Both the position numbers and the translations under genes were made by a program. 64,000 nt of DNA from an uncultured Candidatus Saccharibacteria bacterium (GTDB lineage: Bacteria > Patescibacteriota > Saccharimonadia > Saccharimonadales > CAZICT01), in contig CAZICT010000001.1 in assembly GCA_964537935.1 (NCBI GenBank), positions 70,870 to 134,869 on the forward strand, given 5' to 3'. This document shows, in pieces, positions 47,143 through 54,029 of this stretch. Under the pieces are notes generated by a model. It searched no databases. It was not told the origin of the DNA and saw only the letters and a list, made by a program, of their open reading frames with translations. Position 1 is the first letter of the stretch; each line of letters opens with the position of its first letter.

Positions 47143-47305
47143 TTGCATAAAATGACAATGTTGATATATTACACCTTATGATAGCGAGCTTGCGGAACAA
47201 GAATTATTTTTGGTTTACCGACACCTGCCGTGGCGGTTTGTTCCGTGTGTTTGCATAAAATACCCTCGAATATATAGAAGAAACCGCCACCAAGGGCGGT
47301 TTTTT
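47143..47305 (+). promoter_or_regulatory. Promoter + leader-peptide-type transcription attenuator upstream of ORF47334-trpS
   Basis: TTGCAT-N16-TATATT. 26-aa ORF 47178-47258 with Trp codon at 47211. Mutually exclusive helices 1:2 (47217-24/47230-37), 2:3 (47230-39/47281-90, 10 bp perfect) and 3:4 terminator (47281-88/47295-302 + T-run). Confidence 0.5.
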
Positions 47306-47333
47306 AATTATTAAGTCAGAGAGAATAATAGCA

Positions 47334-47531
47334 ATGGAATTAAAAACAAGATCAATAATTGACGAGACCCATGCGCGCCAGATACTGCGCGAAAACAGGG
47401 TGACGGTTGAAGTTGAAGAAAGAGATACATACCCGCTTATAGTTCATAGGCTAGGTCATTGCGTGATAGATGGTATGGTTTGTGTCTATTGTGTAGATTA
47501 TCAGGAATCAAACACTGAGGTTGCGGTATAA
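47334..47531 (+). CDS. Hypothetical 65-aa protein translationally coupled to trpS
   Basis: Stop overlaps trpS ATG (TAATG); no family recognised. Confidence 0.4.
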   Translation: MELKTRSIIDETHARQILRENRVTVEVEERDTYPLIVHRLGHCVIDGMVCVYCVDYQESNTEVAV

Positions 47532-48571
47532 TGCAGGTAATGACCAAACCTGTGATTTTAACCGGGCTTCGCTCTAATAATGAGCTGCATGTAGGCAACT
47601 ACCTGGGCGGGTTGTTGCCGATAATTGATATGGCTAAAAACCATGCTGACGAGTGCCAGATTAACTTGTTTGTGCCGGATTTACATAGCTTTACCACACC
47701 TATTGATCACGGCCAACTGTATCAACAGACCATACATAATATTAAGTCATATGTAGCGTGTGGCTTGCCGCTTGATAACCCAGACATTCACATTTACCGC
47801 CAAAGCTATATACCGGCGCACAGTGAGCTTACCTGGATTCTTGATTGTTTTACCGGCTTTGGAGAAATGTCGAGAATGACCCAATTCAAAGATAAGTCTT
47901 CCACGCTTAGTGACGATCGTATTAGTGTCGGATTATTTAACTATCCTGTTTTAATGGCAGCCGATATCCTTTTGTACGGCGCTACATATGTGCCGGTCGG
48001 CGACGACCAAACACAACATCTGGAGTTTACACGAGATATAGCCGAGAGAATGAATAATCAATTCGGGGAACTGTTTGTTATACCAAAGCCCGTCAAAGAA
48101 CAGCATAAGCTCTTCGGTAAAGATCAAGGGCTTCGTATACGTGACCTGACAGACCCAACCAAGAAGATGAGCAAATCTGATCAAACCGGTAAAGGAGTTA
48201 TCTTCTTGAACGACAGTCCGAGTGTAGCTAAGAAAAAAATCATGAGTGCAACAACCGACAGCTACGGCCGGATTGCCTACAACCGAGCCGAACAACCTGG
48301 AATCACTAATTTAATTGACCTGCTGGCCCTTTTATCTGGAAAAGATGTAGGAAAAGTCAGCAGTGAGTACGTCGGAAGCACGGTATACGGTCCGCTGAAG
48401 CAAGCAGTCGCAGAAGCGGTGGAGGCTTTTCTAACCGATTTTCAAAATAAACTTAAAGCCGTAGATGAGAATGGCGTGCTTAAAAAGCTTGAGAAAAGCG
48501 AAGAAGCCATGCGCAAGCAAGCCAATGCGACTTTGCTTAAAGTACAAAAAGCCGTAGGTCTGCGTCCATAA
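47531..48571 (+). CDS. trpS: Tryptophan--tRNA ligase
   Basis: 346 aa; ELHVGNYLGG (HIGH-type), KMSKS motif. Confidence 0.94.
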   Translation: MQVMTKPVILTGLRSNNELHVGNYLGGLLPIIDMAKNHADECQINLFVPDLHSFTTPIDHGQLYQQTIHNIKSYVACGLPLDNPDIHIYRQSYIPAHSELTWILDCFTGFGEMSRMTQFKDKSSTLSDDRISVGLFNYPVLMAADILLYGATYVPVGDDQTQHLEFTRDIAERMNNQFGELFVIPKPVKEQHKLFGKDQGLRIRDLTDPTKKMSKSDQTGKGVIFLNDSPSVAKKKIMSATTDSYGRIAYNRAEQPGITNLIDLLALLSGKDVGKVSSEYVGSTVYGPLKQAVAEAVEAFLTDFQNKLKAVDENGVLKKLEKSEEAMRKQANATLLKVQKAVGLRP

Positions 48572-48574
48572 CTT

Positions 48575-49435
48575 ATGAAAAGTATGGTTATAAATGAAAC
48601 CAATAAAGGCAAACGTTTTGATATAGTAGCGTCCGAAATGCTTCCAGAACTCAGCCGCAGCTATGTGACTAGTCTGATATCTGCCGGGGGTATCAAGCTG
48701 TCTGACAGGATAGAAAAACCTGGTTATAAGCTGCGAGAAGGGGATGAAATAAGTATTGAAGCCGACCTTGAATCGATGCAGCAAATACCTGATATTGACC
48801 TGCCTGTGATTTACGAAGACAACGACGTGCTGGTCATTAATAAGCCGGAAGGGGTTGTTAGCCATAGTCGAGGGCGGTATTGGTATGAACCGTCTGTGGC
48901 ATCTTTTGTGCGGCAAAAAACCGGTCAAGAAGGCGATAGAGCCGGTATAGTTCATCGTTTAGATAGAGCTACTTCGGGTGTTATGGTGTGTGCTAAAAAC
49001 CAGGCTGCCATGAAGCACTTGCAACGTCAATTTTCTGACAGGTCGGTTATCAAAAAATATTCGGCTATCATCGAGGGTCATATCTCGCCTAAGGCAGCTA
49101 TCATCGATATGCCTATAGAACGCAATCCGAAGGCACCAGCTACATTCCGGGTAGGCGCCAATGGCAAGCCCGCAATAACCGAATATAAGGTACTGCGGTC
49201 AATAGGCGATTACGAGCTGGTGGAGCTTTTGCCTAAATCCGGCCGCACGCATCAGCTGCGTGTTCATATGAAGCAATTGGGTCATCCGATTGTCGGCGAT
49301 CATCTTTACGGAACCTCTGGTGAAAGGCTATATCTGCATGCTCATATGCTTGAAATCAACCTACCGAACGGGGTTCGTAAGACATTTGAAGCAAAATTAC
49401 CAAAAGAATTTCATGCTTTCATGGAGAACTATTAG
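48575..49435 (+). CDS. rluD: RluA-family 23S rRNA pseudouridine synthase (RluD-like)
   Basis: N-terminal S4 domain, HRLDRATSGVMV catalytic motif. Confidence 0.85.
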   Translation: MKSMVINETNKGKRFDIVASEMLPELSRSYVTSLISAGGIKLSDRIEKPGYKLREGDEISIEADLESMQQIPDIDLPVIYEDNDVLVINKPEGVVSHSRGRYWYEPSVASFVRQKTGQEGDRAGIVHRLDRATSGVMVCAKNQAAMKHLQRQFSDRSVIKKYSAIIEGHISPKAAIIDMPIERNPKAPATFRVGANGKPAITEYKVLRSIGDYELVELLPKSGRTHQLRVHMKQLGHPIVGDHLYGTSGERLYLHAHMLEINLPNGVRKTFEAKLPKEFHAFMENY

Positions 49436-50301
49436 TGGTTAAGCCAATTTTCAGTACCGTTACCAAATCGCATGTTGAGCGCATCATTTCCCGTCCGCCA
49501 CACGGCCTTTTACTACAAGGCGCGGACGGGGCAGGTAAGCGTTATGCAGCTCGGCAAATCGCTTATCAATTACTAGGATTAACAGCGGAAGATAAGCTTA
49601 CAAATCACCCTTATTACCTACAAATTGAACCGACTAAAGGCGTCCTTGGTATTAATGATGTGCGCTCCCTAACACGCTTTATGCAACTTAAAACCACCGG
49701 CAAAGCCGCTATCCGGCGCGTGGCTGTGGTATGTGACGCACATACAATGACAATCGAAGCGCAGAATGCTCTTCTAAAAATAATGGAAGAGCCACCCGCA
49801 GACAGCGTTATCATACTAAGCGCAGAAGGCGAGAGATCACTGCTCACAACAATTTACTCCCGCCTGCACGCAGTAAATTTACAACCCATATCTTTTGAAG
49901 AAGCTAAAGCCGTATTGCCTGACATTAACGAGCTAGAGCTAAAAAAAGCATACCTTTTAAGCGGCGGTAATGTAGGCTTGCTCTTGGCCTTACTTGATAA
50001 ATCGGTGGAGCATCCGCTGGTAGAGGCCATAGGAACAGCAAAATCATTGCTAGGCGAAACCGTATATGAACGACTTGGACGCATTGATAAGTTAGCAAAA
50101 CAAAAAGAAAGCTGTGAACTGCTGTTTGATGCTTTGAGCAGAATAGCCAGAGCGGGATTAGAACAATCTGTTTCGTCTCACAAAGCGCAACAGGTAAAGC
50201 GGTGGCATTCTATAAGACAGCAAGTATACGACGCAAAGTCTTCGTTATCTGCTAATCCGAACCTTAAGCTTTTACTGACTGACTTGTTCATGAGTCTGTA
50301 G
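49435..50301 (+). CDS. holB: DNA polymerase III subunit delta'
   Basis: GTG start overlapping rluD stop; HGLLLQGADGAGKRY P-loop-like, NALLKIMEEPP motif. Confidence 0.75.
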   Translation: MVKPIFSTVTKSHVERIISRPPHGLLLQGADGAGKRYAARQIAYQLLGLTAEDKLTNHPYYLQIEPTKGVLGINDVRSLTRFMQLKTTGKAAIRRVAVVCDAHTMTIEAQNALLKIMEEPPADSVIILSAEGERSLLTTIYSRLHAVNLQPISFEEAKAVLPDINELELKKAYLLSGGNVGLLLALLDKSVEHPLVEAIGTAKSLLGETVYERLGRIDKLAKQKESCELLFDALSRIARAGLEQSVSSHKAQQVKRWHSIRQQVYDAKSSLSANPNLKLLLTDLFMSL

Positions 50302-50315
50302 TATAATTACCTTCG

Positions 50316-50969
50316 ATGTACGAGTTATTGGCATTGGTAGGATTTGGAGTGTTAGCTTTTCGCAACTCCAAAATTAAGCATGACGGCGAAGATTCGCTGC
50401 CGCGTAAAGTAAGTGACCGCATGGGCAAGCTATGGGATATAGCCCATCAGGGCATGCGTGAAAATCGCTTTTTGAGGGCCGAAAAAGCTTTGCTAACCAT
50501 TCTTAACATGGACCAACGAAACGCCGCGGCCTACAACCGACTAGGAATTCTTTATGCCAAACAAAAAGAATATCGTGATGCAATTGACTGTTTTGAGATC
50601 GCCTCATCAATCGAACCAACCGCCTCAAGCTTGCACAACTTAGGGCTTATTTATTACGAAACTGAAAATTATATGAAAGCTGCAACCGCTTTTGAACAGG
50701 CTTTAAAACTTGAAGAAGATTTAGCAGCAAGGCATATTGCCTATGCCAAAGTTCAAGAAAAACTTGGCAATACCAAAATGATGCTCTCTGGTTTAGAACG
50801 AGCGGTCGAGCTTGAGCCAAATCATGAAAGTTACACACTGTTGCTTAAGGCATACGAGAGTGCCGGCAAAGCCATAGAAGCAGACCAGATCAAAGAAAAG
50901 CTTGATAAGTTGATAGTTGGATCCGGTCGACGAAAGCGCGTATCAAGGCCCAGAAAGGTTGTAATTTAA
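50316..50969 (+). CDS. TPR-repeat protein with N-terminal TM helix
   Basis: Repeated A..YN.LG..Y.....Y..A...FE.AL TPR signatures. Confidence 0.7.
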   Translation: MYELLALVGFGVLAFRNSKIKHDGEDSLPRKVSDRMGKLWDIAHQGMRENRFLRAEKALLTILNMDQRNAAAYNRLGILYAKQKEYRDAIDCFEIASSIEPTASSLHNLGLIYYETENYMKAATAFEQALKLEEDLAARHIAYAKVQEKLGNTKMMLSGLERAVELEPNHESYTLLLKAYESAGKAIEADQIKEKLDKLIVGSGRRKRVSRPRKVVI

Positions 50970-51041
50970 CTTAATTTTTCATCTGTTGCTGAAGAGTTAA
51001 GTTTTTGATACACTTCATCGGTAGTTTTAGCGCAAATACGC

Positions 51042-51118
51042 GCCACCTTAGCTCAGCTGGTTAGAGCGGCGGTTTTGTAAACCGTAGGTCGTCGGTTCGA
51101 ATCCGACAGGTGGCTCCA
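51042..51118 (+). tRNA. tRNA-Thr (anticodon TGT), CCA encoded
   Basis: Acceptor GCCACCT/AGGTGGC, anticodon loop TTTGTAA, T-loop TTCGAAT. Confidence 0.92.
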
Positions 51119-51119
51119 T

Positions 51120-51148
51120 AATTAGCTTATAGCTATCAGCTAATAGCT
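51120..51148 (+). repeat. AGCT heptad array (AGCTnnn x4); 22/24 match to 63680-63703
   Basis: AGCT at 51124, 51131, 51138, 51145 (exact 7-nt period). Confidence 0.8.
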
Positions 51149-51161
51149 CATAGATAAATGT

Positions 51162-51247
51162 GCAGGGATAGTGAAGCGGTCAAACACGGCAGACTGTAAA
51201 TCTGCTGGCATTCGCCTTCGGGGGTTCGAATCCCTCTCCCTGCACCA
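51162..51247 (+). tRNA. tRNA-Tyr (anticodon GTA), long variable arm, CCA encoded
   Basis: Acceptor GCAGGGA/TCCCTGC, anticodon loop ACTGTAAATC context, T-loop TTCGAAT. Confidence 0.9.
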
Positions 51248-51249
51248 TG

Positions 51250-51284
51250 CTAAAATAGCTCACCTTCATGGTGGGCTGTTTTAG
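51250..51284 (+). terminator. Hairpin after tRNA-Tyr (terminator-like)
   Basis: ctaaaa-tagctcacc-ttca-tggtgggctg-ttttag then tttctg. Confidence 0.45.
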
Positions 51285-51311
51285 TTTCTGTAACCGGGTA
51301 GGGATTCGAAC

Positions 51312-51332
51312 GGGTTTGCCAGTGGCAAACCC
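51312..51332 (+). other. Hairpin A: 8-bp stem, AGT loop (apex TGCC-AGT-GGCA)
   Basis: ggtttgcc-agt-ggcaaacc; covaries with hairpin B at 51675-51693. Confidence 0.7.
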
Positions 51333-51363
51333 CGGCACTTTTGGAGATTCATCGACAAAAGCG

Positions 51364-51381
51364 ATCCCTCTCCCTGCACCA
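51364..51381 (+). repeat. 18-nt exact duplicate of the tRNA-Tyr 3' end (atccctctccctgcacca = 51230-51247)
   Basis: Direct repeat 116 nt downstream of the genuine 3' end. Confidence 0.9.
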
Positions 51382-51419
51382 AACTAAGGGTCGGGCCATG
51401 AGCCCGGCTTTTAGTTTGG
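51379..51419 (+). terminator. Long hairpin after the duplicated tRNA-Tyr 3' end
   Basis: ccaaactaa-gggtcgggc-catg-agcccggctt-ttagtttgg. Confidence 0.45.
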
Positions 51420-51486
51420 TTACCCATAATCAATGTAGATAAGTTTTTAAATTATCTTATAAAAGTACTGATTACGTTAAGGGCGG

Positions 51487-51515
51487 TTTAAAATTAGGTT
51501 GATATCTGTTAAAAT
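51487..51515 (+). promoter_or_regulatory. Promoter upstream of the tRNA-Thr(GGT) unit
   Basis: TTTAAA-N17-TAAAAT with extended -10 (cTGtTAAAAT). Confidence 0.5.
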
Positions 51516-51529
51516 CTGGTAGTTGTTAC

Positions 51530-51557
51530 ACCATCTTAGCTCAGGGGTAGAGCACCT
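51530..51557 (+). pseudogene. 5' tRNA fragment (acceptor strand ACCATCT + D-arm + start of anticodon stem)
   Basis: 51537-51557 is 21/21 identical to 51581-51601 of tRNA-Thr(GGT); diverges after cacct. Confidence 0.6.
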
Positions 51558-51573
51558 AGTACATTTTCATTAT

Positions 51574-51648
51574 GCCGTTGTAGCTCAGGGGTAGAGCACC
51601 TCCATGGTAAGGAGGGGGTCACGAGTTCAAATCTCGTCAACGGCTCCA
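51574..51648 (+). tRNA. tRNA-Thr (anticodon GGT), CCA encoded
   Basis: Acceptor GCCGTTG/CAACGGC, anticodon stem-loop cctcc-atggtaa-ggagg, T-loop TTCAAAT. Confidence 0.92.
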
Positions 51649-51674
51649 GATCACAGAGAGATGGTCTCGGGTGA

Positions 51675-51693
51675 GAACTGCCAGTGGCAGTTC
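51675..51693 (+). other. Hairpin B: 8-bp stem, AGT loop (apex TGCC-AGT-GGCA)
   Basis: gaactgcc-agt-ggcagttc; three basal pairs changed compensatorily relative to hairpin A. Confidence 0.7.
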
Positions 51694-51758
51694 GCAAGGA
51701 AACCTTCCGATGAAAACTTGTTTTCAATCGTGAAGTTTCGGGGTCGCCGAAGGTGACT

Positions 51759-51778
51759 AAATCCCGAAGATGGCTCCA
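51759..51778 (+). pseudogene. 3' tRNA fragment (aaatcccgaAGATGGCtcca) matching the 51530 5' fragment
   Basis: AGATGGC (51768-74) complements CCATCT (51531-36) in 6 of 7 acceptor positions; ends in TCCA like a tRNA. Confidence 0.5.
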
Positions 51779-51780
51779 GG

Positions 51781-51809
51781 TTGAAAAACATCGTATAATC
51801 TGTTAAAGT
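51781..51809 (+). promoter_or_regulatory. Promoter for rpmG
   Basis: TTGAAA-N17-TAAAGT with extended -10 (cTGtTAAAGT); a TATAAT also at 51794-99. Confidence 0.55.
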
Positions 51810-51842
51810 TAATTGGATTGATTTAGAAAAGGTAGGATAATA

Positions 51843-52043
51843 ATGGCTAAAAATACTAAACGAAAGACTGTTGGGCTGGTTTCGACCGAGAGTGGCCACC
51901 GACACTACTACACACGTAAAAATACAATGAACACGGCAGAAAAACTTACTTTGCGTAAGTACGATCCCGTACTGCGCAAGCATGTAGTATATGAAGAAAC
52001 CAAAAAGAATCTTGGCCGCAACGAAGTTAAGCCAAAGAAATAA
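51843..52043 (+). CDS. rpmG: 50S ribosomal protein L33 (bL33), Cys-free form
   Basis: MAKNTKRKTVGLVSTESGHRHYYTRKN...LRKYDPVLRKHVVYEETK. Confidence 0.9.
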   Translation: MAKNTKRKTVGLVSTESGHRHYYTRKNTMNTAEKLTLRKYDPVLRKHVVYEETKKNLGRNEVKPKK

Positions 52044-52097
52044 TTAAAGTTTAAAACTGCTATAAAAACACCCCCGGTGGTAACCTACGGGGTATTT

Positions 52098-54029
52098 TTA
52101 TAGCTTGGTGATATCGAGTACCGTATTGATGTATTCGGCGTGACTCCAAACCAGGGGAGTGACTCCTATGGGTGTCGAATCATTAGGGTTTACTTGCTCG
52201 GACAACACACCGCTTGGCAGAGAGCGCTCCATAGCCCAGTCAACTATACTATTAGCTTTGTCTACCTGCTGCGTTCGCGCATAATACTGCGCCATCCAAA
52301 ACGTCGTTACAAACCAAGGATTTCCAAGATGACTCGGTTCTGATTCGAAATACTGGTCATGCTCATAGCGCGGTGCTCCGCCTGACGGAGATACGTCAAT
52401 CAAAACTTCTTCAGCAGTAGCAACAGAAGTTTTGAGTTTTTCTATGTCATCACACAGTCCGAACATCATGGCGCCATAAATGCTGGATATATCGATAGTA
52501 TTATCAAAACTAAGTGAACCATCCTGCTGCAACAAATATCCTTTGCGATAAGCCTGACGATCTTCATCGAAAAATACCGCCGATCCGGCATGTATCGATT
52601 CCGCCACCGTTCGCCAGTGCGCGGCATCATCGGGATGCTCGAACTTTTCAGCAAATTCAGCGGCTACTTGTAGCGCTTGATAGGTTACAGCTACGGTATA
52701 GGTTGAAGTCAAGAATTTTTCTTCCCATAAGTCATAGCTGGCGTGAGGTAAGCTGGTTTGCTCATCAATGAATTCACTCATGAAGTGGGCTGCCGGTTGT
52801 ATGAGTGTTTCGTACAAGCTTTCGACAAACTCCTCGTCACCTGAATAATGAAGATATTCACCGAGCATGTAAATAACAATTGCGGTTTCATCTTCTTGAA
52901 TAGCTAATTCTTTGTGTCGTCCATGCAGCATTGGATGCCAGGTACTACCAATAGCTTTATCCGGCTGAAATTTGTGCCTTATATATCCATCAGGGTGGAG
53001 AATATCGCGGCAGAAGGCAAAAAATCGCTTAGCTTCCTCTGTATAGCCTAGTCTTATGAGCGGCCAGATGGCATACGCGCCGTCACGTGGCCAAACGTAA
53101 CTGTAATAATCACGGCCGTAATTATAAATCGACGAATCACACGAAGCGATAATACCACCGCGCTTATCAGTGTGAGCCTTGATTACCATCAGTGATTTTT
53201 TCATAAAATCCAAGTGTTGTTTGTCTACGGAATGAAGCTTGTTGGCTCCGATAGCCAGCCAATCATGCCAATTTTTTCTGGTAGATTTAAGTCTCGATTC
53301 AAGTCCGTTTTTCTTAATAGCCAAGTGGATTTTTTCAGCTGCATACTGGGATTCGGCTGCCACAATCCAGTAGTGTACGTCCTTTGAATTGTTGCCGCCA
53401 ATTTGCAATGAAAGCCTTTGCACCGAGTCTACACCGCCATGCTCTACAGCGCTTCCTGATAGCTCTCCGTCTTCAGCGTCAATGTAAGTACCTTGCTTTC
53501 CCTCGATTCCGTAATTACCGATAGCAAATTGGTCATAAGCCTGCCCATCAGCATCCTGACTATAGATGAGTAAAGCGCAACGACCTTTGTAATCAAGAAT
53601 ATAGTGCTCATCCGGCTCATACAACGCCGTATCGGCCCGACCACCGCGGGATATTTCAAATACCTGATGTAGGAAAAGACGAATTTCCCTGGTTTCATCA
53701 CGTTGATTGGTAACGATAATTTTTCTAAGCAAGGCATTGTATTTATGATCTACAAAATCATTAAAGAAAAGTTCCACGCCAAGCTCGTCGTTTTGCATTC
53801 TGACTTGGCTTATAAGCGCATCATTGTCAAAATTGACATTAATGTCCCATGCACCTTCATCCACCCAAGAAAACACACCATCAACCCATACGCCAATACG
53901 ATGTTGTGTGCTCCGGGCAGTAGTTAGATTTTCCAAACCGACGTACGGATAGTAAAAATCATGCACTAAACCCTGTTCGTTTATTCCGACAGTTAAACTG
54001 CCGTTTCCAAGTATTACCGGTCTTGCCAT
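52098..54029 (-). CDS. Glycoside hydrolase family 15 (glucoamylase-like)
   Basis: 643 aa; N-terminal beta-sandwich + (alpha/alpha)6 catalytic domain look, WPRDGAY-type motif (YVWPRDGAYAIWPL). Confidence 0.8.
   Translation of the reverse strand: MARPVILGNGSLTVGINEQGLVHDFYYPYVGLENLTTARSTQHRIGVWVDGVFSWVDEGAWDINVNFDNDALISQVRMQNDELGVELFFNDFVDHKYNALLRKIIVTNQRDETREIRLFLHQVFEISRGGRADTALYEPDEHYILDYKGRCALLIYSQDADGQAYDQFAIGNYGIEGKQGTYIDAEDGELSGSAVEHGGVDSVQRLSLQIGGNNSKDVHYWIVAAESQYAAEKIHLAIKKNGLESRLKSTRKNWHDWLAIGANKLHSVDKQHLDFMKKSLMVIKAHTDKRGGIIASCDSSIYNYGRDYYSYVWPRDGAYAIWPLIRLGYTEEAKRFFAFCRDILHPDGYIRHKFQPDKAIGSTWHPMLHGRHKELAIQEDETAIVIYMLGEYLHYSGDEEFVESLYETLIQPAAHFMSEFIDEQTSLPHASYDLWEEKFLTSTYTVAVTYQALQVAAEFAEKFEHPDDAAHWRTVAESIHAGSAVFFDEDRQAYRKGYLLQQDGSLSFDNTIDISSIYGAMMFGLCDDIEKLKTSVATAEEVLIDVSPSGGAPRYEHDQYFESEPSHLGNPWFVTTFWMAQYYARTQQVDKANSIVDWAMERSLPSGVLSEQVNPNDSTPIGVTPLVWSHAEYINTVLDITKL

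Noticed and set aside
47143-47305. T-box riboswitch upstream of trpS
   Set aside because: There is no recognisable T-box consensus or bulged antiterminator: the 2:3 helix is a perfect 10-bp duplex with no UGGN bulge. No Stem I with K-turn or distal-loop features is present, and the leader is only ~130 nt. The leader-peptide attenuator model fits better.
51293-51335. gggattcgaac looked like the reverse complement of a T-loop, suggesting a minus-strand tRNA in the insert after tRNA-Tyr
   Set aside because: No cloverleaf could be built on the minus strand: no acceptor pairing, no D-arm, and the T-stem does not pair.
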